NCBI GenBank assembly: GCA_964016885.1
Contig: OZ024758.1
Coordinates: forward strand, 29,202,001 to 29,266,000
Direction: 5' to 3'
Length of the DNA stretch: 64,000 bases
Source: Eledone cirrhosa
Lineage: Eukaryota
In this document: positions 1-12,587 of the stretch, piece after piece
How the letters are laid out: each line of letters starts with the position of its first letter
How positions within the stretch are numbered: position 1 is the stretch's first letter
Notes under the pieces: generated by a model
The model's database searches: none
What the model was told of the DNA's origin: nothing
Seen by the model: only the letters and a program-made list of their open reading frames with translations
Made by a program: the position numbers and the translations under genes

Positions 1-2290
1 ATTTCCTCATTCTGTCTACTGTACTGTACATGCTCCCTATTTCCTCATTGTCTACTGTACTGTACAAGCTCCCTATTTCCTCATTCTGTCTACTGTACTG
101 TACAAGCTCCCTATTTCCTCATTCTGTCTACTGTACTGTACAAGCTCCCTATTTCCCCATTCTGTCTACTGTACTGTACAAGCTCCCTATTTCCTCATTC
201 TGTCTACTGTACTGTACAAGCTCCCTATTTCCTCATTCTGTCTACTGTACTGTACAAGCTCCCTATTTCCCCATTCTGTCTACTGTACTGTACAAGCTCC
301 CTATTTCCTCATTCTGTCTACTGTACTGTACAAGCTCCCTATTTCCTCATTCTGTCTACTGTACTGTACAAGCTCCCTATTTCCTCATTCTGTCTACTGT
401 ACTGTACAAGCTCCCTATTTCCCCATTCTGTCTACTGTACTGTACAAGCTCCCTATTTCCTCATTCTGTCTACTGTACTGTACAAGCTCCCTATTTCCTC
501 ATTCTGTCTACTGTACTGTACAAGCTCCCTATTTCCCCATTCTGTCTACTGTACTGTACAAGCTCCCTATTTCCTCATTCTGTCTACTGTACTGTACAAG
601 CTCCCTATTTCCTCATTCTGTCTACTGTACTGTACAAGCTCCCTATTTCCTCATTCTGTCTACTGTACTGTACAAGCTCCCTATTTCCTCATTCTGTCTA
701 CTGTACTGTACAAGCTCCCTATTTCCCCATTCTGTCTACTGTACTGTACAAGCTCCCTATTTCCTCATTCTGTCTACTGTACTGTACAAGCTCCCTATTT
801 CCTCATTCTGTCTACTGTACTGTACAAGCTCCCTATTTCCTCATTCTGTCTACTGTACTGTACATGCTCCCTATTTCCTCATTCTGTCTACTGTACTGTA
901 CAAGCTCCCTATTTCCTCATTCTGTCTACTGTACTGTACAAGCTCCCTATTTCCTCATTCTGTCTACTGTACTGTACAAGCTCCCTATTTCCCCATTCTG
1001 TCTACTGTACTGTACAAGCTCCCTATTTCCTCATTCTGTTTACTGTACTGTACAAGCTCCCTATTTCCTCATTCTGTCTACTGTACTGTACAAGCTCCCT
1101 ATTTCCTCATTCTGTCTACTGTACTGTACAAGCTCCCTATTTCCTCATTCTGTCTACTGTACTGTACAAGCTCCCTATTTCCTCATTCTGTCTACTGTAC
1201 TGTACAAGCTCCCTATTTCCTCATTCTGTCTACTGTACTGTACAAGCTCCCTATTTCCCCATTCTGTCTACTGTACTGTACAAGCTCCCTATTTCCTCAT
1301 TCTGTCTACTGTACTGTACAAGCTCCCTATTTCCTCATTCTGTCTACTGTACTGTACAAGCTCCCTATTTCCCCATTCTGTCTACTGTACTGTACAAGCT
1401 CCCTATTTCCTCATTCTGTCTACTGTACTGTACAAGCTCCCTATTTCCTCATTCTGTCTACTGTACTGTACAAGCTCCCTATTTCCCCATTCTGTCTACT
1501 GTACTGTACAAGCTCCCTATTTCCTCATTCTGTCTACTGTACTGTACAAGCTCCCTATTTCCCCATTCTGTCTACTGTACTGTACAAGCTCCCTATTTCC
1601 TCATTCTGTCTACTGTACTGTACAAGCTCCCTATTTCCTCATTCTGTCTACTGTACTGTACAAGCTCCCTATTTCCTCATTCTGTCTACTGTACTGTACA
1701 AGCTCCCTATTTCCCCATTCTGTCTACTGTACTGTACAAGCTCCCTATTTCCTCATTCTGTCTACTGTACTGTACAAGCTCCCTATTTCCCCATTCTGTC
1801 TACTGTACTGTACAAGCTCCCTATTTCCTCATTCTGTCTACTGTACTGTACAAGCTCCCTATTTCCTCATTCTGTCTACTGTACTGTACAAGCTCCCTAT
1901 TTCCCCATTCTGTCTACTGTACTGTACAAGCTCCCTATTTCCTCATTCTGTCTACTGTACTGTACAAGCTCCCTATTTCCTCATTCTGTCTACTGTACTG
2001 TACAAGCTCCCTATTTCCCCATTCTGTCTACTGTACTGTACAAGCTCCCTATTTCCCCATTCTGTCTACTGTACTGTACAAGCTCCCTATTTCCTCATTC
2101 TGTCTACTGTACTGTACAAGCTCCCTATTTCCTCATTCTGTCTACTGTACTGTACAAGCTCCCTATTTCCTCATTCTGTCTACTGTACTGTACAAGCTCC
2201 CTATTTCCCCATTCTGTCTACTGTACTGTACAAGCTCCCTATTTCCTCATTCTGTCTACTGTACTGTACAAGCTCCCTATTTCCTCATTC
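1..2290. repeat. 38-bp minisatellite (ATTTCCTCATTCTGTCTACTGTACTGTACAAGCTCCCT)n, about 60 copies, runs off the window start
   Basis: 38-nt period read directly; the 796-aa ORF repeats every 38 aa (3 units); variation is mostly CCTC/CCCC. Confidence 0.98.
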
Positions 2291-3299
2291 TTTCGTTCAT
2301 TCTCACATCCCAGAATCTGCGGTGAAGATGGGAGGCAATATATTCTTAGCGGACCAGAATAAACATCTGAAATACAGTGATTTATCACTAAACTGCATTT
2401 TTCACCGACTTTCATCATAATGAGTGTAGCAGCTTGCTTTACAAAAACCATTAAAGGGAAACACCATTACCTGTTGTTAAGAATGCACATCATCTGTTTT
2501 GTTGTTGTTTTTCTCTGACTAATTTTTATTAATTTAGTTATTTTGTCATTCATATTTATTGTATATAAGCGGCGAATTAGCAGTCAGTTGAAAGTTAGAG
2601 ACAATGCTTTGCTGTATTCGGGTCAACTTTGCTCGTTATCCTTTCGATATCGATAAAAACAGTACTGAGGGTTGGTTCTTTTTTTCTTACCTGTCAGCTG
2701 TGTTCAGACCAGAATAGGTGATGGGCTCAGCCAGATTTTAAAAAATACGGCGCCCCTACGATATCATCAGGAGTTACATGTTCAAGCATGCATACATTTA
2801 TTATATATATTATGTTTATATGTAAATAAATTAGATTATATTGACGAAGGTCAGAAGGCCCGCTTAGTTTGACCTCCTGAACTAATTCGTCACTACAGTT
2901 CGTTTGTATAAAAATGTCATACAAAACAAAAAGCATTGGCTTTAAATTTCCATAACTTGTCGACAAATAACGTACTTGTTACGGTAGAATAAAAAAAAAA
3001 AGGGTTGGAGCAAATCTTCTTTGTCGCGTGTCATTAAAATATAGTTTAGATATTTGGGTAATTTACTATTTTACGTTCGTAAACTAAGCGATTCCCGAAT
3101 GTCAATAAAAAATAAAAAAAACTTTATTAAAATTAATACAAATTACTGATAATTGAAAATGCTCCAAAAGTATTATCAGCACGAACAGTATTTCGACAAA
3201 TATATTCATGCAAATAGCTTGGGAAGTACCAAATTGTCGACGGATTTTAGTTTACAAACGTAAAATAGTAAATGAACCGATATTTGACATGTCATTCTC

Positions 3300-3489
3300 G
3301 AGTTTATTATGTTATGGGAGTAAATAAATGATTATGGGGACATCCTACTTGGTTCGTATAAAGAAGAGAAATGAACGGCGAAATAAAATATTAGAAATAC
3401 GTTTGGAAGGGGGAGGTAACTCGGCCGGCGTTTGAAGTGTTGACTGCACGTAGCCTCGTTGTGGATGTACTCCCTCTTTACTGTTGGAC
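3300..3489 (+). promoter_or_regulatory. Probable CYC1 promoter / 5' UTR region
   Basis: Directly upstream of the exon 1 ATG; locally CpG-richer (tcggccggcg, tgcacg, cctcg) than the introns; TSS not determinable. Confidence 0.45.
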
Positions 3490-3561
3490 ATGGCTTCAAT
3501 GCTCACTAATGGGTTGAGGCCCGTTTTATCACGGCTGCCGGCCAACTTTAACATTCAAAAG
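3490..3561 (+). CDS. CYC1: Cytochrome c1 exon 1 (mitochondrial targeting peptide MASMLTNGLRPVLSRLPANFNIQK)
   Basis: ATG at 3490; Arg/Ser/Leu-rich with no acidic residues; ends AAG|gtacga, phase 0, compatible with downstream exons. Confidence 0.8.
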
Positions 3562-4622
3562 GTACGATTAAAAACTTTTCTTTCTCATATTTATTATTAC
3601 TTCATTTCATTAAAATCAAAACATCGTAAATATTAACCCATTCAAATCTTCAAAGCAGCACTGTCTTTCCACAATGTCACGCGAAGGTCTAATACTTATG
3701 AAGGTCTTTCAAATGACTAACTTCACATTATTTTCACGTTTTTATTTATTTCAATGCCTTTTAAACATTCATTGAGCTTCTTGTTAATTAATTTTGATTT
3801 TTTTTAACGGTATCGTCTTAATTTGTTCTTAATATAGGATAACCTTTCTGAATATCAGTAATTCATTCTCATTTTGACGTGTTAAAAAAAAGTTTTAAAA
3901 TCATATTTAAAAAAAAATATATTATTCAATTGATTTTATTAATTAAAATTGATCTTTTTCTATTGCGGTCACACAATATGAATTGCAATTATCGTATATT
4001 TTATTTACCTTACATCGTTTCAGGATCATTTGTTTCTAACTTTGACCACTTGTCTACTCTTTCAAGTGGATATAAATTTAATTAATGGTATTTTTAGTCA
4101 ATGATTGATAATAAATTTACAGTAGAAGAGAAATTAGTACATTGTATTTACCTTTCTCAATAAAATGTTGAATGAGATAACATACGATATATCATGTACT
4201 TTGTCACCTTTAATTTATTTATAAATCAATGTCAGTTAATATCTTGGGATATATTCTAATTCTTTTTTCAGTAGGATTACTATTTATTATATAATTTATT
4301 GCAATCTTCCGTATGTTTCGAACGTATTGGCATTGACCTTTAAGTTGTCAATTGATGTTGAATTGCTATTGGTGATGTTTCTACGACCTTTACAACACTT
4401 GGTGTTCTAAGTAAATCTCGGATATAAGAGTTTGTGTACAATAAAAAGATGTGAACTTGTACCAGGCACCACATATTTGGTATTAAAACCAAGATCTGTA
4501 AAATAAAAATAACTTATAAAATATCAGTGGTGGTTACTGTTAGGTGTTTTATTGTTTATAACAAGTCATTAACAGGTAAACACCAATATTCTAATCTTCA
4601 GTGTAACAAGATATGGTAAATC

Positions 4623-4817
4623 TATAGAAAGACACTCCCGAGGTATTTAGTCGGTTTCACATGAAAAAACCGAAGGAAAAAAATGGCAAAGAAAACTCCG
4701 GGGGAAGGAAGTCTGTTCCCCCTTTCCTCTCTTTCATTCATATTAGGGGTTAGCTTCGACGAAAGGAAATAAATATATATTTCCCCCAGAAATCGGTGGG
4801 GAAGGTGTCTTTCTATA
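4623..4817. mobile_element. Small MITE-like element with terminal inverted repeat TATAGAAAGACAC...GTGTCTTTCTATA
   Basis: Perfect 13-bp inverted termini including TA; about 195 bp; non-coding. Confidence 0.5.
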
Positions 4818-6449
4818 ATAATACAACAAAGTATTTCAGACATGATATTTTCAAGTTGAAATTCTTTAAGAATCTCAATTATCTGCCGTTCGATTTCTAA
4901 TGTCTTATGTAATCAGTTTATTTCTGAAACACTCGATTCTACTAAATTTACCTCTACTTGGTATTTAGGATCGATAATTATCATTTGTCTTAGTTTTTTT
5001 CTTTTGAAATTCATTAAATAATCTTTCTAAGGGATTTTAAAATAATATATCTATTGTAGTAAAAGATGTACGTAGGAATGGTATTTATTTTTGCAGTGCA
5101 ATTAATGTAATGAATAAGACTATGCAGATATATACGGCACTAAAGAGGAAAAGGAAGAGGGGGATAATAATAAGGAAGAAAAAGTGGATAGAAGACCACA
5201 CACCACAACAAGCTTCCCTCTAATAATTAAAAGATTGTATTAACATTTGTTGCTGCTATCTTAATTATGCCAATTATTACATAAAATGTCTCAATATATT
5301 TCATGTATATGGTAATCCTGGTTAACAGTAATCAAACAGGTATTTGGAGTAGGCATAACCAATTGTGATGTGCAAACTCTGCCCCTCATATATGATCTAT
5401 CGGTATGTGAAGCATACATATTTTATCAATTTTGAAGGTTGGTGTCATTTAGAGAGAGATATTTAGCTTTGTAAGTGGGACACTAAATCTAATCATTCAG
5501 TTGGTATTTTAAGCATGATAGTCTCAATTTTTATCATTTATTGATAGAATTTTCTTTAACAGAGAATGTGGATTTTCTGTAAACATGTGAAGCAATTCCA
5601 CTTGAGTATTTTCCTTCAGGGTCATTTTACAGACAGCTTTTGTGTTTTGTAGTTAAATAGACAAGGGAGACAATTTATGCCTGGATGAAGAGGTTAGCAG
5701 TTGCTGAAAGCTGAATCAGACTCAACAAGTGTTTAGGGGAGTCTCCACTGAGGATTTCTTTTCATCACTTTGACCTTGAATAATAATCACAGGAATTCAG
5801 GACTGGATGTCCAACTGAAAATCTGTATGCCAATAATTTGTTTATAATTGTAAACTTATTGAACGGCTGTAAAATTTCAAGATGGGAAGAAAGGTCTTGG
5901 GTCAAAAGTTTTAAAAACAAACCAGGCCAGGATAAATGTTGTAGAAAGGATCACGAAATTTAGCACTAACTATACATTAATGTGTAGTTGTTGCTCTGTA
6001 GCCCTGTGTCAACCATTATGGAGGGGACCTATGACCAGGTATTATCCACAGATAATCCAGATAACTCATACATCTGTCTAGTTAAGGACTATACTGTACA
6101 TTCTGACATACATTGTCCAGTATGTTTCTATGTAGCCCCAGATCAACCTTGACCAAGCAATCCTAAAGCATGTCGGCCAAATGAGAAGGCTTGATCTACA
6201 GTTCTATCATAATCATCGTTTAACGTCTATTTTCCACGCTAGCATGGGTAAGACAGGTAAAATGTGCCCCAGGTCAGGACACATTTTACTCACCCTACCC
6301 ATGCTATATTCCCAGTTATACTGTCTTCCTCTAGCTCAAGACTATATTTCTCACACTTGTCATGTTAGTGTGTGAAATTGTATGAGATGCAGCATGACTT
6401 TCTAAGTATATTGCATTCTCTTCCCTCACCAGTCTATTCCTCTATGACT

Positions 6450-6683
6450 GTAGATTTTAGTGGTGGCACAGCTGAGGTAAGCTAGGTGTAGATAGTCAGG
6501 TGGCACAGCTGAGGTAAGCTAGGTGTAGATTTTAGTGGTGGCACAGCTGAGGTAAGCTAGGTGTAGATAGTCAGGTGGCACAGCTGAGGTAAGCTAGGTG
6601 TAGATTTTAGTGGTGGCACAGCTGAGGTAAGCTAGGTGTAGATAGTCAGGTGACACAGCTGAGGTAAGCTAGGTGTAGATAGT
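6450..6683. repeat. Alternating 38/37-bp units (75-bp dimer x3), core GGTGGCACAGCTGAGGTAAGCTAGGTGTAGAT
   Basis: Units alternate strictly between TTTAGT and AGTCA variants. Confidence 0.92.
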
Positions 6684-6794
6684 GTAACAGTTCCTGTCTA
6701 CACTTATTGTTGGTGTACATCCAAGCATAGTGTTTGGAATCATCATCATCATTGTTTAACGTCTGGTATGTGAGAATATTATTACAACGGCCCT

Positions 6795-6920
6795 TGCCAT
6801 TCTGAGTTCAAATCCCGCCGAGGTTAACTTTGCCTTTCATCCTTATGGGGTCGATAAAATAAAGTACCAGTAATCTACTGGGTAATTGCTGGCCTTGTAC
6901 CAAAAGTAGAAACAATTATT
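6795..6920 (+). mobile_element. 5'-truncated SINE family A copy
   Basis: B box GAGTTCAAATCCC, core CTTTGCCTTTCATCCTT..GGGGTCGATAAAATAAAGTACCAG, tail GAAACAATTATT. Confidence 0.8.
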
Positions 6921-7009
6921 ACAGCTATTTTTGTGTGTATGTGATCTTTATTACCTGTCTGGACTAAGTAGGAGAGATGGTGTTTTTAGAATGTTGTAGA
7001 GTTCTAGGG

Positions 7010-7307
7010 TGTTGTACTTGTGCCTGGGTATTTGAAGGACGTTTTTCATGTGATGTGGACTGTTGAGGTTGTACTTGTGCCTGGGTATTTAAAGGACGTT
7101 TTTCATGTAGTGGTGTGGACTATTGAGGTTGTACTTGTGCCTGGGTATTTGAAGGACGTTTTTCATGTAGTGGTGTGGACTGTTGAGGTTGTACTTGTGC
7201 CTGGGTATTTGAAGGACGTTTTTCATGTAGTGGTGTGGACTGTTGAGGTTGTACTTGTGCCTGGGTATTTGAAGGACGTTTTTCATGTAGTGGTGTGGAC
7301 TGTTGAG
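7010..7307. repeat. 60-bp minisatellite, about 5 copies
   Basis: Lines 7081-7300 align column for column; 20-aa period in the ORF track. Confidence 0.95.
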
Positions 7308-7684
7308 ATGGAAATTTGTTGACCTGAGATTATACGACAACAAGATACAGAAAAATATTAAAAAATAAATGATCACCATGACCAGTAATTTAGTATTTTT
7401 GTTGCTTTGTAGGTGTGGTCTGTATACAACTTGTTTTGATGCATAGTGCATTGTTTTGTGTTTGTTGTAGGGACCCAAGGTAGAACTGGCATAGCCCATA
7501 GCGGACCTATTGTACTATTTGTACTCAACTGTTGTTTCTTTCTGTTGGCTAAATGTGCTACCTGTGATTGCTCTCTAAGTATGTTTGTTTGTCATTTTGC
7601 TTTCTTTAACTATGTATTCTATGTGTGTTGTTTGTAACTCCTGGTATTTTTGAATGGTGTCTACAAAGGAGATCACAGCTATGA

Positions 7685-7930
7685 AACTATGGGCATGTGA
7701 TTAGAATGTCTCAGGAAAGAAAAGATTTTACAGGCAAAACCAACCGGCAGGAGACACCCAGGGGCAGACCCCGAGCAAGGTGGTTGGATAACATCCATGA
7801 GCTTGGCTGGTCACTCTTGGGGATCCAGCTGGATCAGTTGGAGACAGTTGCTTCTGACAGGACCCACTGAAAGGAGTATTTGAGGACTGCCCCCACGACC
7901 CTCTCAGGAATAAGTAGGCGAAGAAGAAGT
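7685..7930 (+). mobile_element. Degenerate RTE-like LINE 3' end; a related inverted piece lies at about 18660-18770
   Basis: Encodes YGHVIRM...GRPRARWLDNI, the RTE C-terminal motif; tail matches the reverse complement of 18660-18770. Confidence 0.6.
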
Positions 7931-8164
7931 CTAAAGAGGAATCAGGAATGGTGAACTATCCAAACATGACAGCTGTTGTTTCTTTGTAAGGACATTTCTA
8001 CATGGTTACTTGACCTTCTAGAAATAGCAGAACCATCTTTTCATATCAAACTGCCTAAAACCTACCCTGGTTCTAAAATATCATTTTTAAGTGTACATTT
8101 ATCTAAAACCTTCCTTCATAATTCTATATAAGAAACTTTCTTAAGTTATGTTCCAAACACCAAC

Positions 8165-8366
8165 TTAACCCTTTAATATTTAAACTGGCCATATCTGGCC
8201 AGAATTCTTTCACCTCTTTTTGTTCAAACCAGTCATAATTTGCTGCTCATGGTATTGTTCTCAAAATAAATATCAAAATCTCATAAATTTGATATTATGT
8301 GAGGTAAAGCCTTTACCGCAAAAATACTATAGTATATATAGAGTAATGTAAATATTAAAGGGTTAA
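8165..8366 (+). mobile_element. About 205-bp TTAA-flanked piggyBac-like MITE (representative copy; others at about 10310, 11670, 12220, 15180, 15661, 16100, 17756, 19372, 20210, 21633, 23197, 28398, 34460, 34650, 38207)
   Basis: Consensus TTAA-CCCTTTAGCATTTA...TAAATGCTAAAGGG-TTAA with a conserved internal body; TTAA target and CCC/GGG ends are piggyBac hallmarks. Confidence 0.85.
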
Positions 8367-9159
8367 TAATAAGAATGTTAGATATATTGTTAAATCCCTT
8401 CAACTCTTTGATTATTTTCAAAATAATTTCACAATCATAAGCAGTGTCTTTCATAGGAAATATAGTAATGAAAGAATTAGGGCCTCCAGCTGTAGAAACC
8501 AAGCCAAAATCAATTCTGTAGGAGCAAGACATGGTTACTTGACCTGGCATTGTTCACAACAGGACACCTCATCTAACCCATGTTAGCAAGGAAAAATGGA
8601 CGTTAAACAGTGATGATGATGATATTGTGTCGTTAGAACAAACAATAAATGCATAAAAAGTAAAACATGAGTTCCGAGTTCAAAATATCTATAGCATTAA
8701 ATGAGAGGAACACATTAGGTAAAAAGGTAAAGGGTTCTTAACTCCTGATGGAGTCTTGGAGGCACCAGTCTTTACACATAGCATATCGTGGGTATTTAAA
8801 ACCTGGCAGCAGGACCCATACCTCTCCAGGTCGGAACACAGGTGATTTCTTTCAGAGAGGGAGGGGTGGGGATAATCAACCCCTACTCTGGACTGGTATA
8901 TTAGTTATCGACCTCAAAAGGATGAGAGGTAAAATTGAACTTGGTGAGATTTGAACTCAGAACACAGTGAACCAGAACAAATACTGTGGCATTTTTAATC
9001 TGATGAACTAACAACTGCCTAATTCACCGGTGAAGGACATTACATTCAGGCAAAATAGAAAAGTGACTGAATTAGGTCAGTATCTGTTGGTTAGAATATC
9101 TGTTGGGACAGACTATATGGGAAAATGCTATAAATTGAGGTTAAAAAAATATCTATAAT

Positions 9160-10130
9160 AATTGTTTCTACTATAGGCACAAAGTCAGCAATTACCCAGT
9201 ACATTACTGGTAATTTATTTTATCAACCCCGTAAGGATGAAAGGCAAAGTTAACCTTGGTGGGATTTGAACTCAGACCACAAAGGGCCGTAACTCTTTGC
9301 TGCAAAGCATGGCGTCCGACCCCCTACCAATACTGCCAATCCACCCCCTTTTATATCCATAATAATAGACGTAGGAAAATTTAGTTGACCTTAGTCTTAG
9401 ACATTACAAATAAAAAGACAAAATGAAGAGATTGTGTTGTTGTACCATCATATATTCTATCTCACAGTGGGAAAAATGATTGTTAAATTAATAATTGTTT
9501 CTACTTTTGGCACAAGGCCAGCAATTAACGCAGTGTATTACTGGTACTTTATTTTATCGACCCCGTAAGGATGAAAGGCAAAGTTAACCTCGGTGGGATT
9601 CAAACTCATAATGATAACTTTATATAAAAAGTAATTTTTGTAGCAATGATTAAAGTTCTAATATAATAAATTAACTAAGCTAGCATATTTTCAATATTAT
9701 TCTTATGTTCTCATTGAATTCAATATTGGTGACCTCACCAGTATTTTTCACTCTACCCATACTAAAGCAGAGGTTTTAATAATTAAACACACACACAAAT
9801 TTCTTTCTATATTCAATATTTACACAGCTATTATAATGGTTATTCGCTACGCTCAGTCTTACATTAAAATTTTACCCTTCAGTGCTGTCTGTTGGTCAGA
9901 TCCAATCAGAATATGTTTGCATTAGTATCAGTAGAATATTGGACAACATGCTGTGTGACGTAGAGTTATGGCCCTTTATATTCTGAGTTCAAATCTCACT
10001 GAGGTTAGTTTTGCCTTTCATTCATACGGGGTCGATAAAATAAAGTACCAGTAATGCACTGGGGTCAATTTAATTGACTTTCCCCTCCCCCAAAAAATTG
10101 TTGGCCTTGGGTCTAAATCAAAAACCATTA
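9160..10130. mobile_element. Cluster of SINE family A copies (9160-9350 minus, 9490-9610 minus, 9925-10130 plus)
   Basis: Same core, A/B boxes and tail as the other family A copies. Confidence 0.8.
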
Positions 10131-12245
10131 ATTATCAGGTTTCCAATTTCCAAACTCAAGTTTTACATTATACAACATCGGGGAAAGAGAATTTTTTTTT
10201 TTTTCTAATTTAAAGTATAATTATTTCACATTGTACTATATTGACTCCTACAGGGGTCAGGTCCTTCTTTAAGTAGGTAATATCTGCACCCTTAAAAACC
10301 TTCATTAAAATACCATATTTATACCAGCTGTATCCGGCCAGAATTCTCTCCCCTCTTTCTATTCAAACTAGCTGTAACTGGCTGCTCATACTGATGTTGA
10401 GATATTGTTCTCAAAATAAATAACATCAAAATCTTGTAGATTCGATATTATGTGAGATAAAGCCTTTACCATGAAAATATAATTGTATATATAGAGTAAT
10501 GTAAATGGTAAAGGGTTAAAGTACAACCTTATTATCAATATCTTACCTGTCCACATTAGACACATTTTACATTGGTCTTTGGTTGTTAAGATAAATTACT
10601 GTTTAGGGATTTATCTTGAATTATTTTGTATATTTCAATTAATTAATGAAGAATTTTGAGGGTTTTCTTTCTTAAAATTATTAATTATTTCATTTCTAAG
10701 ATAGTAACTTAACATAGTTATTATATTAAATTATGTTGGAAGATTTAAATATAAACTTATTTAACTAGGTGGTTTGTTTCATAGAAATATTCAGTCCTGG
10801 CCAAGTTATCAGAAGGGTTAAATTTTGATTTTGAAAATTCAGACATGCAAATGGCAATGTGAAACTCTTTATCAAGTGGTGCAGAACAATGGCAAACTTT
10901 GGGGGAGTGGAGAGGACAAGTAATAACGGTTGTTCTATTTGTCCCCAAGTCATAAGCTTCAAGGAGATGCCAACCAACCAACCAACCAACCATCACAAAA
11001 ACAACTAAATCTACAAGAGCAACAGGAAAACAATTACAAAGACAGCAACAGCCACAGTAAAAATAGCAATATGAAAAGCAACCAAATCAAAATCAACCAC
11101 AAAATATCAATTGGAATATAAATAACAATATGAAAGAACACAACAACAACATCATAGACAAACCTCTCAACTATATCATTCTTTAAATGATATAGAAAAT
11201 TAAGAATTGATACAATATGCAAAGCAAATATACATACAAAGAGAAGGGTATTGACCAACTCCTCAAAAATGGCAGTCATCTAATTTCCAGTGAGAACCAC
11301 ACTATTTCTTTTAACCTTTTCGCATTTACATTAAAAATCTTTTATAACAAGATCAACTGAAACAAATCAAATGTTTGTTATACTGAAAAATTTGTGATAA
11401 TGGTATTTTACCTGTACTATACTATACTATACCTTACTATACTAAATAGATATACTTTACTAAATAAATATGTATGTATAAATTTGCAGTTTTTAAGCAT
11501 AGTGTATCAGATATCAAATGTACAGCTTCACTTATCTATCTGATGCTGAGAGCAGCAGACACTATAAGACTATAGACAGTGTAACATAAACATAGTTTGT
11601 TATTTCTTATTGCAGCAAACTTATGTACAGCTTACACTTAGATATACAAAGAAATATGAATTTGAGTTTAACCCTTTACCATTTACATTACTTTATATTT
11701 ACTATTGTATTTTCATGGTAAAGGCTTTTACTTCACATAATATCGAATCTATGAGATTTGGATATTATTTATGTTGAGAACAATACCTTAACATCAGTAT
11801 GAGCGACCAGTTATGGACTTTTTGAACAGAAAGAGGTGAGAGAATTCTGGACGGAGACAGCCCGTTTAAATGCTAAAGGGTTAAGCGGTTCCCACAAGAT
11901 TTTAAAAATAAACACAGCCTTCCTGATGCCTCAGAAATCCTTTGTGGAACCTCCAAAACTAGATTGTTCAGCTGTCGCATACCAAGTGACTTTTCCCACT
12001 TATTTTCTGCTTAACATGCCATTACTGAGTCTGTTGCATAAATGCAGGTGGTTTAAGTTCAGTTTGGAAGCAAGGTCACAACATGGTGACATTGTAGATG
12101 GATGGGGTAGAGATCAGTAAAACCAGGAGTATATACTTTGACATATAAAGTTTTTGTTACTTTGATACAGAATATGAAGGTTGTATTGTCATAGCAGAGG
12201 CATAATTTCATTAAGAGCATTAACCCTTTAGCATTTACTTTACAT

Positions 12246-12587
12246 ATGGAGGCACATGGCTTAGTGGTTAGAGCATTGGTCTTGCAATCGAAAGGTTGTG
12301 AGTTCAATTCTCAGACCGGGTGATGTGTTGTTTCCTTGAGCAAGACACTTTATTTCACATTGCTCCAGTTTACTCAGCTGTAGAAATGAGATGATAGGGA
12401 CTGGGGTCCCTATCATTCCACTGCAAAGTGGTCGTGGAGGTGCCACGGCAAAAAAGCACCCAGCCCACACTGTAAATGAGGTTGGTGTTAGGAAGGGCAT
12501 CCAACTGTAGAAATCAAGCCAGAATCAGTTCCCGTCCCACCCTTGCAAGCAGGGAAAAAGCAGACGTAAAATGATGATGATGATGAT
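12246..12587 (+). mobile_element. Full-length SINE family B inserted inside a TTAA MITE (MITE halves at 12220-12245 and 12588-12792)
   Basis: A box TGGCTTAGTGG, B box GAGTTCAATTC, CCTTGAGCAAGACAC core, RTE-like 3' tail, (TGA)n end. Confidence 0.9.

Noticed and set aside
30-2420. 796-aa ORF
   Set aside because: Translation of a stop-free 38-bp repeat cycling through all three frames; no domain
12246-12325. tRNA-like sequence with A/B boxes
   Set aside because: SINE head continuing into core and LINE tail; no proper cloverleaf acceptor stem or Pol III terminator
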